Shown in pieces: positions 27,961-38,334 of a stretch of DNA of 64,000 nucleotides. Below the pieces are notes generated by a model. It saw nothing but the letters and a program-made list of their open reading frames with translations. It did not search any database and was not told the DNA's origin. This DNA is from an uncultured Frigoriglobus sp. GTDB taxonomy: Bacteria; Planctomycetota; Planctomycetia; Gemmatales; Gemmataceae. A program made the translations under genes and the position numbers. Each line of letters begins with the position of its first letter. The stretch's first letter is position 1. Location: positions 11,180 through 75,179 of the forward strand of contig CAZBXY010000003.1 in NCBI GenBank assembly GCA_964495365.1, written 5' to 3'.

Positions 27961-28824
27961 CTACGGTTTCACCGCGTACACCTGGACGCTTGCCGCGAAC
28001 TCGTTCATGTCGTACCTCCGGAGCAACTCCACGAGCCCGCCGTGGACCGCGCTCGTCGCGGGCGAGCAACACCCTCCGGCATCAATGACGTCAAGACCTG
28101 ACGCCGGCGGAGAGCAGCAGCCTGCTTGCCCCTCGACCTTCGAGTAGGCGTTCAGATCCTTCTTCGTGTCCACGACCTCGACCGCGTTGAAGCCGGCCGC
28201 TTTCAGGGTCGCGACGTACTCGGCGATCAGGATGGCACCGGCGATGCAGCCGACGTGGGCCATGAGGTCGTTCCCGACTTCAGGAGGAAGCTCTTTCTTG
28301 AGGGCGATGTCGGAGACCGCGACCCGGCCGCCGGGCTTCAGCACCCGGAAGACCTCCCGAAGCACGGCCGCCTTGTCGGGGGCAAGGTTGATGACGCAGT
28401 TCGAGATGACGCAATCGACGGACGAGTTGGGGAGGGGCAGCCGGTCGATGGTGGAGAGGTGGAACTGGACATTGCCGAGGCCCTGCTTCGTCGCGTTTGA
28501 CCGCGCCCGCTCCACCATCTCGGGGGTCATGTCGATGCCGATGGCCTTCCCGGTCGAGCCGACCTTCCTCGCGGCTAGGAACACGTCGAGGCCACCACCC
28601 GAGCCGAGGTCCACCACCACCTCGCCCGGGCGGAGGTGCGCGGTCGCTGTCGGATTCCCGCACGAAAGGCCCATGTTCGCCCCGGCCGGGATGCTCGAAA
28701 GCTCCTCGGCCGAGTAGCCGAACGCCTCAGCCACGGCCTTCACCCCCGCGTTCTCGGTCGAGAGATCGCTTAGGGCGACCGCCGCGTATTTCTCACGGAC
28801 CACTTCTTCGATCGACTTACTCAT
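27961..28824 (-). CDS. arsM: Arsenite methyltransferase
   Basis: [45 protein letters not shown]. Confidence 0.92.
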   Translation of the reverse strand: MSKSIEEVVREKYAAVALSDLSTENAGVKAVAEAFGYSAEELSSIPAGANMGLSCGNPTATAHLRPGEVVVDLGSGGGLDVFLAARKVGSTGKAIGIDMTPEMVERARSNATKQGLGNVQFHLSTIDRLPLPNSSVDCVISNCVINLAPDKAAVLREVFRVLKPGGRVAVSDIALKKELPPEVGNDLMAHVGCIAGAILIAEYVATLKAAGFNAVEVVDTKKDLNAYSKVEGQAGCCSPPASGLDVIDAGGCCSPATSAVHGGLVELLRRYDMNEFAASVQVYAVKP

Positions 28825-28836
28825 CTCGTCCTCCGG

Positions 28837-29232
28837 TCAGTCGCATTTTGTGCCCTCGTTCTCCATGAGGCAGAGGGCCAGGTCGAGGAGCGGCGCGACG
28901 CACCCGTTGACGACCTGGTAGTACACGTTGTTCCCGTCGCGCCGGGAAGCGAGCATCCCGGTGTCCGAAAGCCGCACCAGTTGGTTCGACACCGCCTGCG
29001 GCTTCATGCCGAGCGTCTTCGCCATGTCCGTGACGGTCGCCTCACCGCTCCGCACCAAGTGATGCAGGAGCCGGATGCGGGTGTCGTTGGCGAGGATCTT
29101 GAACAGGGCCATCACCTTGACCGCCTGGACGAACGACAAGAGCGGTCGGTCCTTCAGAGCGAGCCGGTCTAAACAGCGCTCGGTGGCCGGCTCGCGGCGG
29201 CCCTTGACCGCAGTCGCGGGTTGTTTCGCCAT
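28837..29232 (-). CDS. ArsR/SmtB family repressor
   Basis: FKILANDTRIRLL, PQAVSNQLVRL, SRRDGNNVYY; GAGGGAGG RBS; first gene of the ars operon. Confidence 0.85.
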   Translation of the reverse strand: MAKQPATAVKGRREPATERCLDRLALKDRPLLSFVQAVKVMALFKILANDTRIRLLHHLVRSGEATVTDMAKTLGMKPQAVSNQLVRLSDTGMLASRRDGNNVYYQVVNGCVAPLLDLALCLMENEGTKCD

Positions 29233-29251
29233 GATCGGGTACCCTCCCTCA

Positions 29252-29288
29252 GAATCCAGTATTACACGAAATCGTGGATTCGTGTCAA
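29252..29288 (-). promoter_or_regulatory. ars promoter with dyad operator
   Basis: Perfect -35 TTGACA (29288-29283), a TAATAC/AATACT-like -10, and inverted repeat GAATCCA...TGGATTC overlapping it. Confidence 0.6.
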
Positions 29289-29559
29289 GTAGGTCTTTCG
29301 CTGCCCGTCCCGACGGAGGAGCCACTAGCCCCTCGACCTCTCCGAGGTCCGGGCACACCAGGACGGCGTGTGGTGGTCGATCGTTGTACATCTTGTTTCG
29401 TCGGCCGCCATCGTCCCAGCGGCACGGGTCCGCATCCTGTCGCTTCCATCGATCGGCCACGACCATGCGGATCACGCCATCCGCCGAATCCCGGTCGAGG
29501 TGCCCGCCGTGTGTCTACTGCGTTCCGAAGATGTCTTCTGGTCATTCTCCGGACTGGAC

Positions 29560-29765
29560 CATGTTGACCCCGATGCGGATCCTCACTTCGTGCTGACTCC
29601 CGAGCCGGTCCCGTACACCCTCGCCGAGCCGCGCCCGGCACCGACCTTCGGGCCGTTCCGCGCCATCGTCGATGACATCCTCGTCACCGACCGGACCGCG
29701 CCACCCAAGCAGCGCCACACCGCCACCCAGATCTTCCGAAGGCTCGTCGCCGAGCACCAAACTTG
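29560..29765 (+). mobile_element. IS21-family transposase (IstA) fragment
   Basis: PEPVPYT...P.FGPF.AIVDDIL..DRTAPPKQRHTATQIFRRLVAEH matches the IstA N-terminal signature; the rest is missing. Confidence 0.65.
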
Positions 29766-30094
29766 CGGTCGTCTCGGACGCCCGACGCGACGACATACCA
29801 GAGGCCGACCGCGACCACTGGCACAGAGCAGTTGGGTGATTGAAGCTGGCCAGTCGGTGGCCGGGCGAAAGACGTGACGGCCCGGCTACCGATCGGCAAT
29901 AGTCACGACTGCGGCTTCTTCGTGAACGTGCCGCTCGGCCCGGTGAGCTTGGTCGGCTCCTGGTCCGCTTGCTCGACCGCCTCCCACACCGCCTTCGGTG
30001 GGCGCGACCACTCCGAACGCCACGAAAAACAGAGTGCGTCCAGGTTTCCCAGACGCCACGTGTCATATGCCCCAGTTACTGGCGGTTCGGCGGT

Positions 30095-30392
30095 TTACTT
30101 CTTGGCCTTGTTTACCGGGCAGCAGTTCCGGCACACGAGCTGCTCGCCCGTGAGCGGGCAGGTGTAATCGCCCTCGCCCGTCGCCTTCGGCTCCTCGGCC
30201 TTCGCGGCGCTCGCCGCCCGCCCCGTCTCGCCGTTTAGGGGGGCAGCACCTCTCGCAGGGCAGTTCCTCCCCGGTGACGGGGCAGGTGGAGCCCGTCGTC
30301 TTCTCCTTCTACGTATTCGCGTAGGCGAGACCACCGCCCACGGCCCCCGTTACGGCCACCAGCGCCGCGGGCAGCCGCTTCCTTCGGTTCAT
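30095..30392 (-). pseudogene. Small exported Cys-rich two-repeat peptide, interrupted
   Basis: Signal-like MNRRKRLPAALVAV, in-frame TAG at 30311-30309, repeat 1 TCPVTGEELPCERCCP, +1 shift in C6 run (30238-30243), repeat 2 YTCPLTGEQLVCRNCCPVN. Confidence 0.65.
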
Positions 30393-30569
30393 CACACACC
30401 TCCTCGACGAGAAGGGGCCGCGAGGTCTCCCCCGGTAGCCCCCGATCTGTCAGGCCGCTCCAAAATGGAAGGGCGTTTCGGATTTGCTTCGTTGCTTTGG
30501 TAAGGTGGCAACGGTTCAAACAGCCTGCCACTCGCCCGTATGCGGACTGGTGCAGGTCGGCGGCCGGCT

Positions 30570-31784
30570 CTATTTCCCCTCAACCCCTACCACACGAGAG
30601 AACCGAGAGAGGAGGAATGGCTCGACGGGAAACGACGGCCGTTCGTCGGCAATCATCTCCGCCGTCAAAAGGCCCGTGAGGGGAGAGGTCAAGATGCCCG
30701 TCCGGAAGTGGCCGCAGGCGTTGGTGTACCCTTCTAGCCCGTCCGCCGGACCGAGGATCGGAAGCTCGTCGGGCGTCCCCGGACGAAGCCCGGACCAGAC
30801 CCGTTTGACCCGAACGTCCTTCAGGAACGGCACGGCCCGGACCGCCCCGGCGGAGAGCGCCTTCATCGCCTCCGGGGTCACCCCCGCCTCGTAACCCGCT
30901 TCCTCGGTCGTGCTCCCGATGATGACCTCGCCGTGTCCCTTCTGCGCGAGGTAACAGTCGGACGTGGACAGGCAGGCGGAGAGGACTTTCGGCAGGGTCT
31001 CGGTCCCGACAATTTGGCCGCGGACCGGCCGGACCGGGATGTCGAGGCCCGCCATCCGCCCGACCTCCGGTGCCCACGCCCCGGCCGCGTTCACCACGTG
31101 CCCGCACGGGATGACCCCCGCCTCGGTCTCGACGCCCGTCACCCGGCCGGAGGCGACCCGAAGCCCGGTCACCTCGGTGTGCGTCAGGACCGTGGCCCCA
31201 AGCGCCCGCGCCGCCGAGCGGAAGGCGTCGGCGAGCCGGTACGGATTCACTTGGTTGTCGCCGTGGAACCGGAGTGCTCCCCGGACCTCGCGGGTCACCG
31301 CCGGCTCCGCCTTGGCCAGCTCTTCCGGAGTCAGCCACTCGGTCAGTTCGCGGCCGCACGGGCAGCGCTCCCAGAGGGGCTTGGCGAACGCCACGTCCCC
31401 CTCGTCGTACATCAGAAACAAGAGCGAGGTCCGCTCGAACTCCACGTCGAGCCCGCCGCCGTCCCGCAGTTCCTGGGCGAGGGCCGGGAACATCTCGTTC
31501 GACCGGAGCGCGAAGTCGAGAAAACTCGCGGGGAGTTGACCCGGGCCGTGGACTCCGGGCGGGAGAGCCCCCATGCCGGCGAGGGCCTTGTAGAAGATGA
31601 CCCCGCAACCGAGACCCACCGACTCGCCGAGCGGCCAGAGGCCACCCGCCGAGGCAGAACTCGCCCGGCCCCGCTTCGGCCGGTCGATGAGCGTGACCTT
31701 AAGTCCCTTCCGCGCGGCGTAGTAGGCGACCGCGCAGCCGATGACACCGCCCCCGACCACCGCAACGTCCGTCGAACCCGTCAC
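30570..31784 (-). CDS. hcnC: Hydrogen cyanide synthase subunit C-like FAD oxidoreductase
   Basis: GGGVIG FAD motif plus ASAGGLW..GESVGLGCGVIF, FLDFAL.SN, CL.TSDCY.AQK, NACGHFRTGILTS, which I recall from Pseudomonas HcnC. GTG start overlaps the hcnB stop. Confidence 0.82.
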   Translation of the reverse strand: MTGSTDVAVVGGGVIGCAVAYYAARKGLKVTLIDRPKRGRASSASAGGLWPLGESVGLGCGVIFYKALAGMGALPPGVHGPGQLPASFLDFALRSNEMFPALAQELRDGGGLDVEFERTSLLFLMYDEGDVAFAKPLWERCPCGRELTEWLTPEELAKAEPAVTREVRGALRFHGDNQVNPYRLADAFRSAARALGATVLTHTEVTGLRVASGRVTGVETEAGVIPCGHVVNAAGAWAPEVGRMAGLDIPVRPVRGQIVGTETLPKVLSACLSTSDCYLAQKGHGEVIIGSTTEEAGYEAGVTPEAMKALSAGAVRAVPFLKDVRVKRVWSGLRPGTPDELPILGPADGLEGYTNACGHFRTGILTSPLTGLLTAEMIADERPSFPVEPFLLSRFSRVVGVEGK

Positions 31785-33244
31785 GAGGCACCTCCCCCGA
31801 CCGCGTCGAGCGGGTCGGCCACCGGTCCCTCGGTCAGCCCTTCGGCTCCAGCCAGAACCCCGAGGGTGACGGGCCGGACCGGCGGCCGCGGGTTGATGCG
31901 GCCCACCCCTGCCGGCGTCCGGCCGGTTTCGCGGCAGAGGTACGCGCCGGCGGAAGGCCCGCAGTTTCGCCCCTGGCAAGAGCCCATCCCGAGCCGGGTG
32001 AAGAGTTTTACCGCCTGGAGGTCCCGGGCACCCTCGTCGAGCGCGGACCGCACTTCGGCAAGGGTCACTTCTTCACATCGGCAGAGAATAGTCTCCGGGG
32101 TGAGAAGGCCCACAAGCCCCGGCTTCACGCGATAGCGCGAGTCGAGCAAGCGCCAGGCGTCCGCCAGGAAACGGAGCCGGGCCAAGGGCTCGTGCCGACG
32201 GCCCTCGGCGTCCTCTTCGGTGAGAAGCCCGGCCAGCCGGGCGGCGGTGACGCCGGCGACTCGGCCTTCATCTTCGGCCGCCGCAGCACCCCCAATCCCG
32301 GCCCCGTCACCGACGGCAAAGACGTTCGGGACGGTGGTCTCGAAGAACGGTCCCCGCTCCGGAACCCAGCCGCCCAGCCCCGGGGCGTAGCGGTGCCCGC
32401 AACCGGCGAGCGTCGTCAGCTCCGTGTTCGGGACGAACCCGAATCCGACGACCACGAGGTCCACCTCCGCGGTAAGGGCATCGCCCCGGCGGGGGCTCCA
32501 GTCGTCCGCGTCGAGGGGTCCGTATGATGCGCCCTCGACCTGCTCCCGGCCGCTCGCGGCAAAAATGGTGTGGTTCGAGAGGAAGGGAACGCCCGCGGTA
32601 CTTAGTGCCCGCCAGTGGTCAATCGCGTCGGCGATGAACTCCCACTCGCTCCACTCCGCCGGGAGCGGCTCGGGCGGCCACCAGGGAAGACCAGCTTCAA
32701 GGACGGCGACAACCTCCGCGCCGGCCCCGCGGAGGCGGTTCGCCACTCCGGCCAGGAGGGGACCGGTTCCAGTTACCAGAACCTTTCGACCGGGACGAAC
32801 GAGATTCCCTTTAAGGAACGCCTGGACGCCGCCCGCAGTCATGACGCCCGGCAGGGTCCAGCCGGGAAATGGGACCGGGCGGTCGTAAGCGCCGGCGGCA
32901 ATGACCAGCCGCTCGGCCCGCATGAGGCCCGAAGCCCGGTCCGAGGACCAGAAGACATCGCGACCGCCGAAGACGCCCAGGACCGCGGTCCCCGAGAGCA
33001 CCTCGACCCGGCCGGCGACGCCGGCGAACTCCGTTCTGAGCCGCTCGCCTTTGGCGAAATCCTTGCCGAGTGCGCTCCCGTCGGTCACCCGGAAGCCACT
33101 CGCCGGCGGGCGGTAAATCTGGCCGCCCAAGTAACCGGCCTCGTCGATGAGGGTACAGGGGAGGCCGGCCTGGGCCGCCTCGATAGCCGCCCCGAGGCCG
33201 GCCGGACCTGCCCCGATGACGACGAGTGGTTTTGAAGGGGTCAT
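31781..33244 (-). CDS. hcnB: Hydrogen cyanide synthase subunit B-like oxidoreductase
   Basis: VIGAGPAG, GGQIYR, AGAYDRPVPFPGWTLPGVM, CRCEEV, TRLGMGSCQGRNC, PRPPVRPV; ATGA coupling to hcnA. Confidence 0.75.
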   Translation of the reverse strand: MTPSKPLVVIGAGPAGLGAAIEAAQAGLPCTLIDEAGYLGGQIYRPPASGFRVTDGSALGKDFAKGERLRTEFAGVAGRVEVLSGTAVLGVFGGRDVFWSSDRASGLMRAERLVIAAGAYDRPVPFPGWTLPGVMTAGGVQAFLKGNLVRPGRKVLVTGTGPLLAGVANRLRGAGAEVVAVLEAGLPWWPPEPLPAEWSEWEFIADAIDHWRALSTAGVPFLSNHTIFAASGREQVEGASYGPLDADDWSPRRGDALTAEVDLVVVGFGFVPNTELTTLAGCGHRYAPGLGGWVPERGPFFETTVPNVFAVGDGAGIGGAAAAEDEGRVAGVTAARLAGLLTEEDAEGRRHEPLARLRFLADAWRLLDSRYRVKPGLVGLLTPETILCRCEEVTLAEVRSALDEGARDLQAVKLFTRLGMGSCQGRNCGPSAGAYLCRETGRTPAGVGRINPRPPVRPVTLGVLAGAEGLTEGPVADPLDAVGGGAS

Positions 33245-33561
33245 GCCTCGACCCTCCAGACCCCGGTCCCGAGCTGGGTATCGACCCGCATCCCGGCCCG
33301 TACCGGTGTCTGGCACGTCCGCACGCCCGGTTGCCCATCGATTGTCATCACGCAGTCGAAACAGACCCCGAGGCCGCAGTAGAGGCCGCGGGCCTCGCCC
33401 CGGCGCGGGGTGGTTCTTAACGCACGCCGGCCCGCGGCGAGGAGCGCCGCGGCGACCGTCTCGCCCTCGTAGGCCCGGACCGGGTGCCCGTCGACGATGA
33501 TCTCAATTTCGGACCCGCGGGTTACCGCACCTGGGGCTACTCTCGTCTGGTCGTCCATCAT
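33241..33561 (-). CDS. hcnA: Hydrogen cyanide synthase subunit A-like 2Fe-2S protein
   Basis: GETVAAALL, GLYCGLGVCFDC...RTCQT. Confidence 0.75.
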   Translation of the reverse strand: MMDDQTRVAPGAVTRGSEIEIIVDGHPVRAYEGETVAAALLAAGRRALRTTPRRGEARGLYCGLGVCFDCVMTIDGQPGVRTCQTPVRAGMRVDTQLGTGVWRVEA

Positions 33562-33679
33562 TCGACCTCAGTCATGAAAAAAGCTCCGAAGAGTCCACCA
33601 TCCCGAGCTGCCGAGCTGCACTGCACCAAAATACGGGACGAGAACTTCTTCGTTGGGTTTGATGTCTTCACGGAGCCAC

Positions 33680-34039
33680 TCAACCTTTGGTTTTCGGAAC
33701 AAGAGTGTAGTGAATCGTCTGCGCGCGGATGTACCCGTCTCGAATGACGTAAGAGTCAACGCCGTCCGTGACGGTGTGGGTGTCGGAGTCGGCCGACCAC
33801 TCAAGAATGCCGACGTCCTGTTCGACGATGATGACCTTGTAGGTGTAGCGGGCGTTCGGCAGATCCTGATTCAGTTGGCGGTAGCAGCCGCGGATCGCCT
33901 CAAGCCCGCGGCGCACTCCGCTCGACATGACGAGAAAAGAGTCCTCGCGATAGCACCCCAAGAAATCTTCCTCGGAATGCGACCGGGAGAGATCCAGGTG
34001 CCTGTTAAGCACATCTTGAGGAGTAGGGGCGTCTTTCAT
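33680..34039 (-). CDS. SnoaL/NTF2-like protein
   Basis: VLNRHL...Y.EDS....RGLEAIR...LEWSA...DGVDSYVIRDG.I.AQT; ATGA-coupled to the upstream gene. Confidence 0.7.
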   Translation of the reverse strand: MKDAPTPQDVLNRHLDLSRSHSEEDFLGCYREDSFLVMSSGVRRGLEAIRGCYRQLNQDLPNARYTYKVIIVEQDVGILEWSADSDTHTVTDGVDSYVIRDGYIRAQTIHYTLVPKTKG

Positions 34040-34530
34040 GATGCCTCCATCGGCGTTGAGAATCGTTTAGTCCACCGAGCGGCGATCCAGAAAGCTGCGG
34101 GCACGAGTAGCGTAAGTTGCAAGAAGGGCCACAACCCTACGACGAGCACCGGAACGACGGGCATCGACTCGGTGTACGACCAGCGCCCGAAGGCGAGTGC
34201 CCGCCATTCGATGGCCGTTGCGGATGCTCCGCCCAAGAGCGCGGCAGTCGCATAGACGTTCCACCCGCCCCCGATTCCCCACCGGAGTCGTCTCGCTGCC
34301 AGGGCACCCATGGCGTAGATCCCGAGGGTGATGACCGCGTCGCCCGCAGTCGCAACCGTGCAGCCCAACACGGTCTCGCGCCACGGCCGCCCGGCCATCT
34401 CGGCATAGGCCGGCCTCTGCGCCATCTCCCACACCCAGTTGAGACCGAAGGCGGCGAGGATGACCCTCGCTACAAACGGCCAGAGTGACCGGGTGCGGTC
34501 GGCAATCGGCCGCAGCACCCCTCCGGTCAT
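34036..34530 (-). CDS. Membrane hypothetical protein
   Basis: Several TM segments (LNWVWEMAQ.P.Y; GLWPFLQL), coupled on both sides. Confidence 0.7.
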   Translation of the reverse strand: MTGGVLRPIADRTRSLWPFVARVILAAFGLNWVWEMAQRPAYAEMAGRPWRETVLGCTVATAGDAVITLGIYAMGALAARRLRWGIGGGWNVYATAALLGGASATAIEWRALAFGRWSYTESMPVVPVLVVGLWPFLQLTLLVPAAFWIAARWTKRFSTPMEAS

Positions 34531-34784
34531 GACGCGTCCCCAGTCGTCGAACTCCGGACCTTGGTCTGGTAACCGGCCTTACCGATGCGCTGCGCGATTG
34601 CGTCGGGGTCAAGCACTGCCGAGTCAAACAGCACCTCGATCGTCTGAGCGGGGGCTTTTGCGCGGACCTGCCGCACGCCCGGCAGAGTCTTCAACAGTCG
34701 CTCGACGCGCTGCTCGCAGCCCGCACAGGCCAGCCGCTGGTCGCCGGTGATTTCAAGAGTGATTGACTTGACCATACATGACAT
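34527..34784 (-). CDS. HMA-domain metallochaperone (CopZ-like)
   Basis: LACAGCEQRVERLL...PGV..V...KAGY; AAGGAG RBS. Confidence 0.85.
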   Translation of the reverse strand: MSCMVKSITLEITGDQRLACAGCEQRVERLLKTLPGVRQVRAKAPAQTIEVLFDSAVLDPDAIAQRIGKAGYQTKVRSSTTGDAS

Positions 34785-34790
34785 CTCCTT

Positions 34791-37244
34791 CTATGCCTGC
34801 GCACCGGACGGCGTTTGCGGCGTCTCGCCCACCGTCTTTATGGCCTGGAAGAAATACGAGCCCCGGCCCCACAGGGAGTTAATGAAGATCGTCGTCACGC
34901 TGGCTGCCATCGCGACCATACCCCAGATCGGGTAAACCAGCCCCGTCGCGGCCGCTGGGATCCCGACACCGTTGAAGAGGAAGGCGAGTGAAACATTTTG
35001 AACGATCTTCCGGTAGCTGGAGCGACTGACCTCGTAGGCATCGAGCACGGCACCGAGCCGCTGGTTCAAGATGATCACGTCGGCGGATTCGATCGCGATG
35101 TCGGCCCCGCTCCCGAAGGCGATGCCGACGTTCGCCTGCATCAGGGCCGGCGCGTCGTTGATCCCGTCCCCGACCATGGCCACGCGGGCTGTCTCCTGGA
35201 GCTTGCGAACCATGTTGGCCTTCTCGGCCGGTAGGACGCGTGCGTGGACGTCTTCGATACCGGCGGCGCGGGCGAAGTGGCGGGCCGCCTGCTCGTTGTC
35301 GCCGGTGATGAGGCTCGTGCGGATGCCGAGGGCGTGGAGGCGGCGTACGGTCTCCGCCGCGTCGGGCCTGAGCGCGTCGCCGAGCGCCAGGAGTCCGAGA
35401 AGCACCCCGTCCCGTGCGACGCCGACGACGGTCTGACCCTGCGATTCCAGTTCGTGGATACGTGGCCTCTCGGCCCCGATGTCAACGCCTTCGGAATCGA
35501 GAAACGCCGGGCTGCCGACCAACAGGGCAGTAGCGCCCAGGCGGGCTCTGACGCCTTTACCGGGGACGGCCTCGAATCCCTCCACCTCGGCGAGGGTGAG
35601 GCCACGGTTGAAGGCCTCTTCCACAACCGAACGAGCAAGCGGGTGCTCGGAACCCGTCTCCACGGCCGCCGCGAGCGCGAGGAGTTCCTGTTCCGAGGAC
35701 GCGATGGGAACGACTTGGCGAACCGCCGGCCGGCCCTCGGTCAGGGTTCCGGTCTTGTCGAAGACCACGCGCTGCACCCGGCGCAAGGCCTGAAACGCCT
35801 CGCCGGTACGCATCAGCACTCCGCGCTCGGCCGCCTCGCCCGCCCCGCGCACGATGGAGAGCGGGGCCGAGATCCCCACCGCGCAGGGGTACCCCATGAC
35901 GAGCACGCTCAAGCCCGCGAACATCGCCCGCTGCACGTCGGGGGAGCCGCCGACGAGAAGCGGGGCGAGGAGCCAGAAGAGGGTCGCGCCGGCCGCGGTG
36001 AGCAGCACGAGCGGCGTGTACACCTTCAGCACCCGGTCCACAAGGTGCAGGAGGCCGGGCTTCAGGGCTCGCGCGTCCTCCACGCTGCGTATCACTTTCC
36101 TGAGAAAACTTTCTTCGCCGACGACACTGACGCGGACGAGGAGCGTGCCGTGGCCGTTTAGAGAACCGCTGATGGTCTGGTCTCCAGGGCGCTTCTCGAT
36201 CAGTTTTGGCTCGCCGGTGACGAGCGACTCGTCCACGTCCGACCCCCCCGATTCGACGACACCGTCCACCGACATCCGCTCACCCGGGCGGACGCGCACC
36301 ACGTCGCCGACGCGCACCTCTTCGAGCGGCACGTCCACGTCCCGTCCGTCCCGCACCACGTGCGCGAGGTCGGGTTCGAGGTCCAGGAGCTTCTTGACCG
36401 CCTGCGAACTCCGGGTCTTCACGATGAGGGACAGCCACTCGGAAAAGATGTGATACGTGAGCACCATGACCGCGACCGAGAAGAACGCGACCGTGGGAAA
36501 ATCCGGCAGGTCGAATGCGAGGCCGGCGGCCCCGCCGATAAGCCCGGCGAATGCACCGAATTCGACGAGTACGTGCTGGTTAAGGATACGGCGCTTGAGC
36601 GCGCTCGCGGCCATCCACACGATGTGCCCCCCTACTCCGAAAATGAGGAGTACGGCGAGCGCTCCGGCAAGCCACGGTGTGGCCGCACCGAACGTGCCGC
36701 GCAACTGGAGGGCGTAAACGCCGGCACCAAACACGGCGAGACCGGCCGAACCGGCAACCGCCTGGTGCAGGCCGTAGCCGCGCAAGACCACGAAGGCGAA
36801 CGCGACGAGACTGGCGATGGAAAACACGCAGAGCGCGAACCACACGCTATCGACCGGGTATCCGGCCAGCCCCATCGCGGCGATACTCGCCGAGAGCGCG
36901 ACCAGGAACCGCCCGCGCTCGCGCACCAGCTCGCGCTCTTCCTCGTCAAACGGGCGCAACTTGCGCGGATCGGACACGGTGTAGCCGATATCCTTGAGGA
37001 TCTGGAGCAGCTCCTCGGGGCGCGCTACGGTCGGGTCGTACTCGATGAGGGCCTGTTCGTGGGTCAAGCTGACCGCGACCTTGAAGACGCCGGGTTGCCG
37101 GCCCAGCGCCTTTTCGATCGTGCCGGTGCAGAGCGAACAGTGGAGGCCCCCGATGCGCGCGCGGATCCGTCGGTGCTCCGGCAGTTCAGAAGGCTCTTCG
37201 CTCCAGAAACGCTGACCAGTCTCGTCCATCGTTGCGGTACTCAT
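34791..37244 (-). CDS. Heavy-metal P1B-type ATPase with YPC motif
   Basis: N-terminal GLHCSLC HMA, VTGEP, GYPCAVG, DKTGT, SEHPL, VGDGINDAP. Confidence 0.93.
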   Translation of the reverse strand: MSTATMDETGQRFWSEEPSELPEHRRIRARIGGLHCSLCTGTIEKALGRQPGVFKVAVSLTHEQALIEYDPTVARPEELLQILKDIGYTVSDPRKLRPFDEEERELVRERGRFLVALSASIAAMGLAGYPVDSVWFALCVFSIASLVAFAFVVLRGYGLHQAVAGSAGLAVFGAGVYALQLRGTFGAATPWLAGALAVLLIFGVGGHIVWMAASALKRRILNQHVLVEFGAFAGLIGGAAGLAFDLPDFPTVAFFSVAVMVLTYHIFSEWLSLIVKTRSSQAVKKLLDLEPDLAHVVRDGRDVDVPLEEVRVGDVVRVRPGERMSVDGVVESGGSDVDESLVTGEPKLIEKRPGDQTISGSLNGHGTLLVRVSVVGEESFLRKVIRSVEDARALKPGLLHLVDRVLKVYTPLVLLTAAGATLFWLLAPLLVGGSPDVQRAMFAGLSVLVMGYPCAVGISAPLSIVRGAGEAAERGVLMRTGEAFQALRRVQRVVFDKTGTLTEGRPAVRQVVPIASSEQELLALAAAVETGSEHPLARSVVEEAFNRGLTLAEVEGFEAVPGKGVRARLGATALLVGSPAFLDSEGVDIGAERPRIHELESQGQTVVGVARDGVLLGLLALGDALRPDAAETVRRLHALGIRTSLITGDNEQAARHFARAAGIEDVHARVLPAEKANMVRKLQETARVAMVGDGINDAPALMQANVGIAFGSGADIAIESADVIILNQRLGAVLDAYEVSRSSYRKIVQNVSLAFLFNGVGIPAAATGLVYPIWGMVAMAASVTTIFINSLWGRGSYFFQAIKTVGETPQTPSGAQA

Positions 37245-37299
37245 ATTTCCATCCTTTGCAGTTCTTCTTTTCGGGCACTTTGTCTCCGGAGATTGCAGA

Positions 37300-38322
37300 T
37301 CACATGAACCCCAACTCCTCGACCCGTTGACGCAAGCCGCCCTCGGTCGCCATCAGCGGGTTGTAGAACACACGCACCCGCTTCCGTTTCACGTCGGTCA
37401 GTACCTTGTGGACCGCCTGGAGCGCGAGGAGAGAGCGGCTGAGAGTCTCGGCGCACCCCTCGCAGACCATTCCGGGTGTGCTGATCTCCGCCTCGACCAG
37501 GGCAGCGGCTTCGTCCTTTGGACCACCGGCTTCGCCGCCAACTCCTCGGGCCCTGAGGGCGATTACGACCAACCAGACGACAACGGACAGCACGGTGATA
37601 CCTGTCGCGACCGCGGCGGCGACGGCCCCGAACCGTTGAGCCACGAAGGCGACCCCGAGTACGATCAAAAGCAGACCGGACGCCTTCTCCAGCCGCGGCT
37701 GCCAACGGGCGACGGCCTTGAAGTCCTTGAGCAGCCCCGTGAAAGTTCCGGCCAGGATGAGCGGCAAGCCCCGGACCAAGGCGAAGACGAAGAGGAGGAG
37801 CGCCCCGTACCACGCACTGCCCGTGACCCCGGCGTAGAGGAGCATCGTGAGAACCACCGGGATGGAGCACGGGCAGGCCGACCCCACTAGCCCGAACGGA
37901 AGCCCTAGAAGGAAGGCCCCGCCGAGACTCTCGACCCGCCGCTCGGGCGCGGTGACGGACGGGACTCGGAACCGAAACGCCCCGAGCATTGCGAGCCCGA
38001 GGAGGACCATGATGACGCCGGCGATGAGGTAGCCGTTCGCCCCGAAGAAGGCGGCGAACTTCGAACCGGCCCACCCGAAGACGAGCCCGTAGGCCCCAAA
38101 GGTCGTGGCCGTCCCGACCACGAACGCGAGGCTCCTGGTGAAGGCCTTCCACCGCCTGAGCCCCGGCTCGCCGGCCACGTACCCCATGACTACCGGCACC
38201 GTCGCGAGGACCGTGGGCGTCAGGGCCAGGAGCAGCCCGGCCGCGGCGGCCAGGAGCAAGGCCCAGGGCGACGCCGTTTGCAGGCCCACCAGAGTTTCTT
38301 CGATCGTCTCCAGGTTCAGCAC
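37300..38322 (-). CDS. CcdA/DsbD-beta-like membrane protein fused to C-terminal HMA domain
   Basis: LTPTVL..VPVVMGYV, AFLLG.PFGLVGSACPCSIPV, LEKASG; HMA GMVCEGC. Confidence 0.8.
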   Translation of the reverse strand: MLNLETIEETLVGLQTASPWALLLAAAAGLLLALTPTVLATVPVVMGYVAGEPGLRRWKAFTRSLAFVVGTATTFGAYGLVFGWAGSKFAAFFGANGYLIAGVIMVLLGLAMLGAFRFRVPSVTAPERRVESLGGAFLLGLPFGLVGSACPCSIPVVLTMLLYAGVTGSAWYGALLLFVFALVRGLPLILAGTFTGLLKDFKAVARWQPRLEKASGLLLIVLGVAFVAQRFGAVAAAVATGITVLSVVVWLVVIALRARGVGGEAGGPKDEAAALVEAEISTPGMVCEGCAETLSRSLLALQAVHKVLTDVKRKRVRVFYNPLMATEGGLRQRVEELGFM

Positions 38323-38334
38323 GACGCACCCCCT

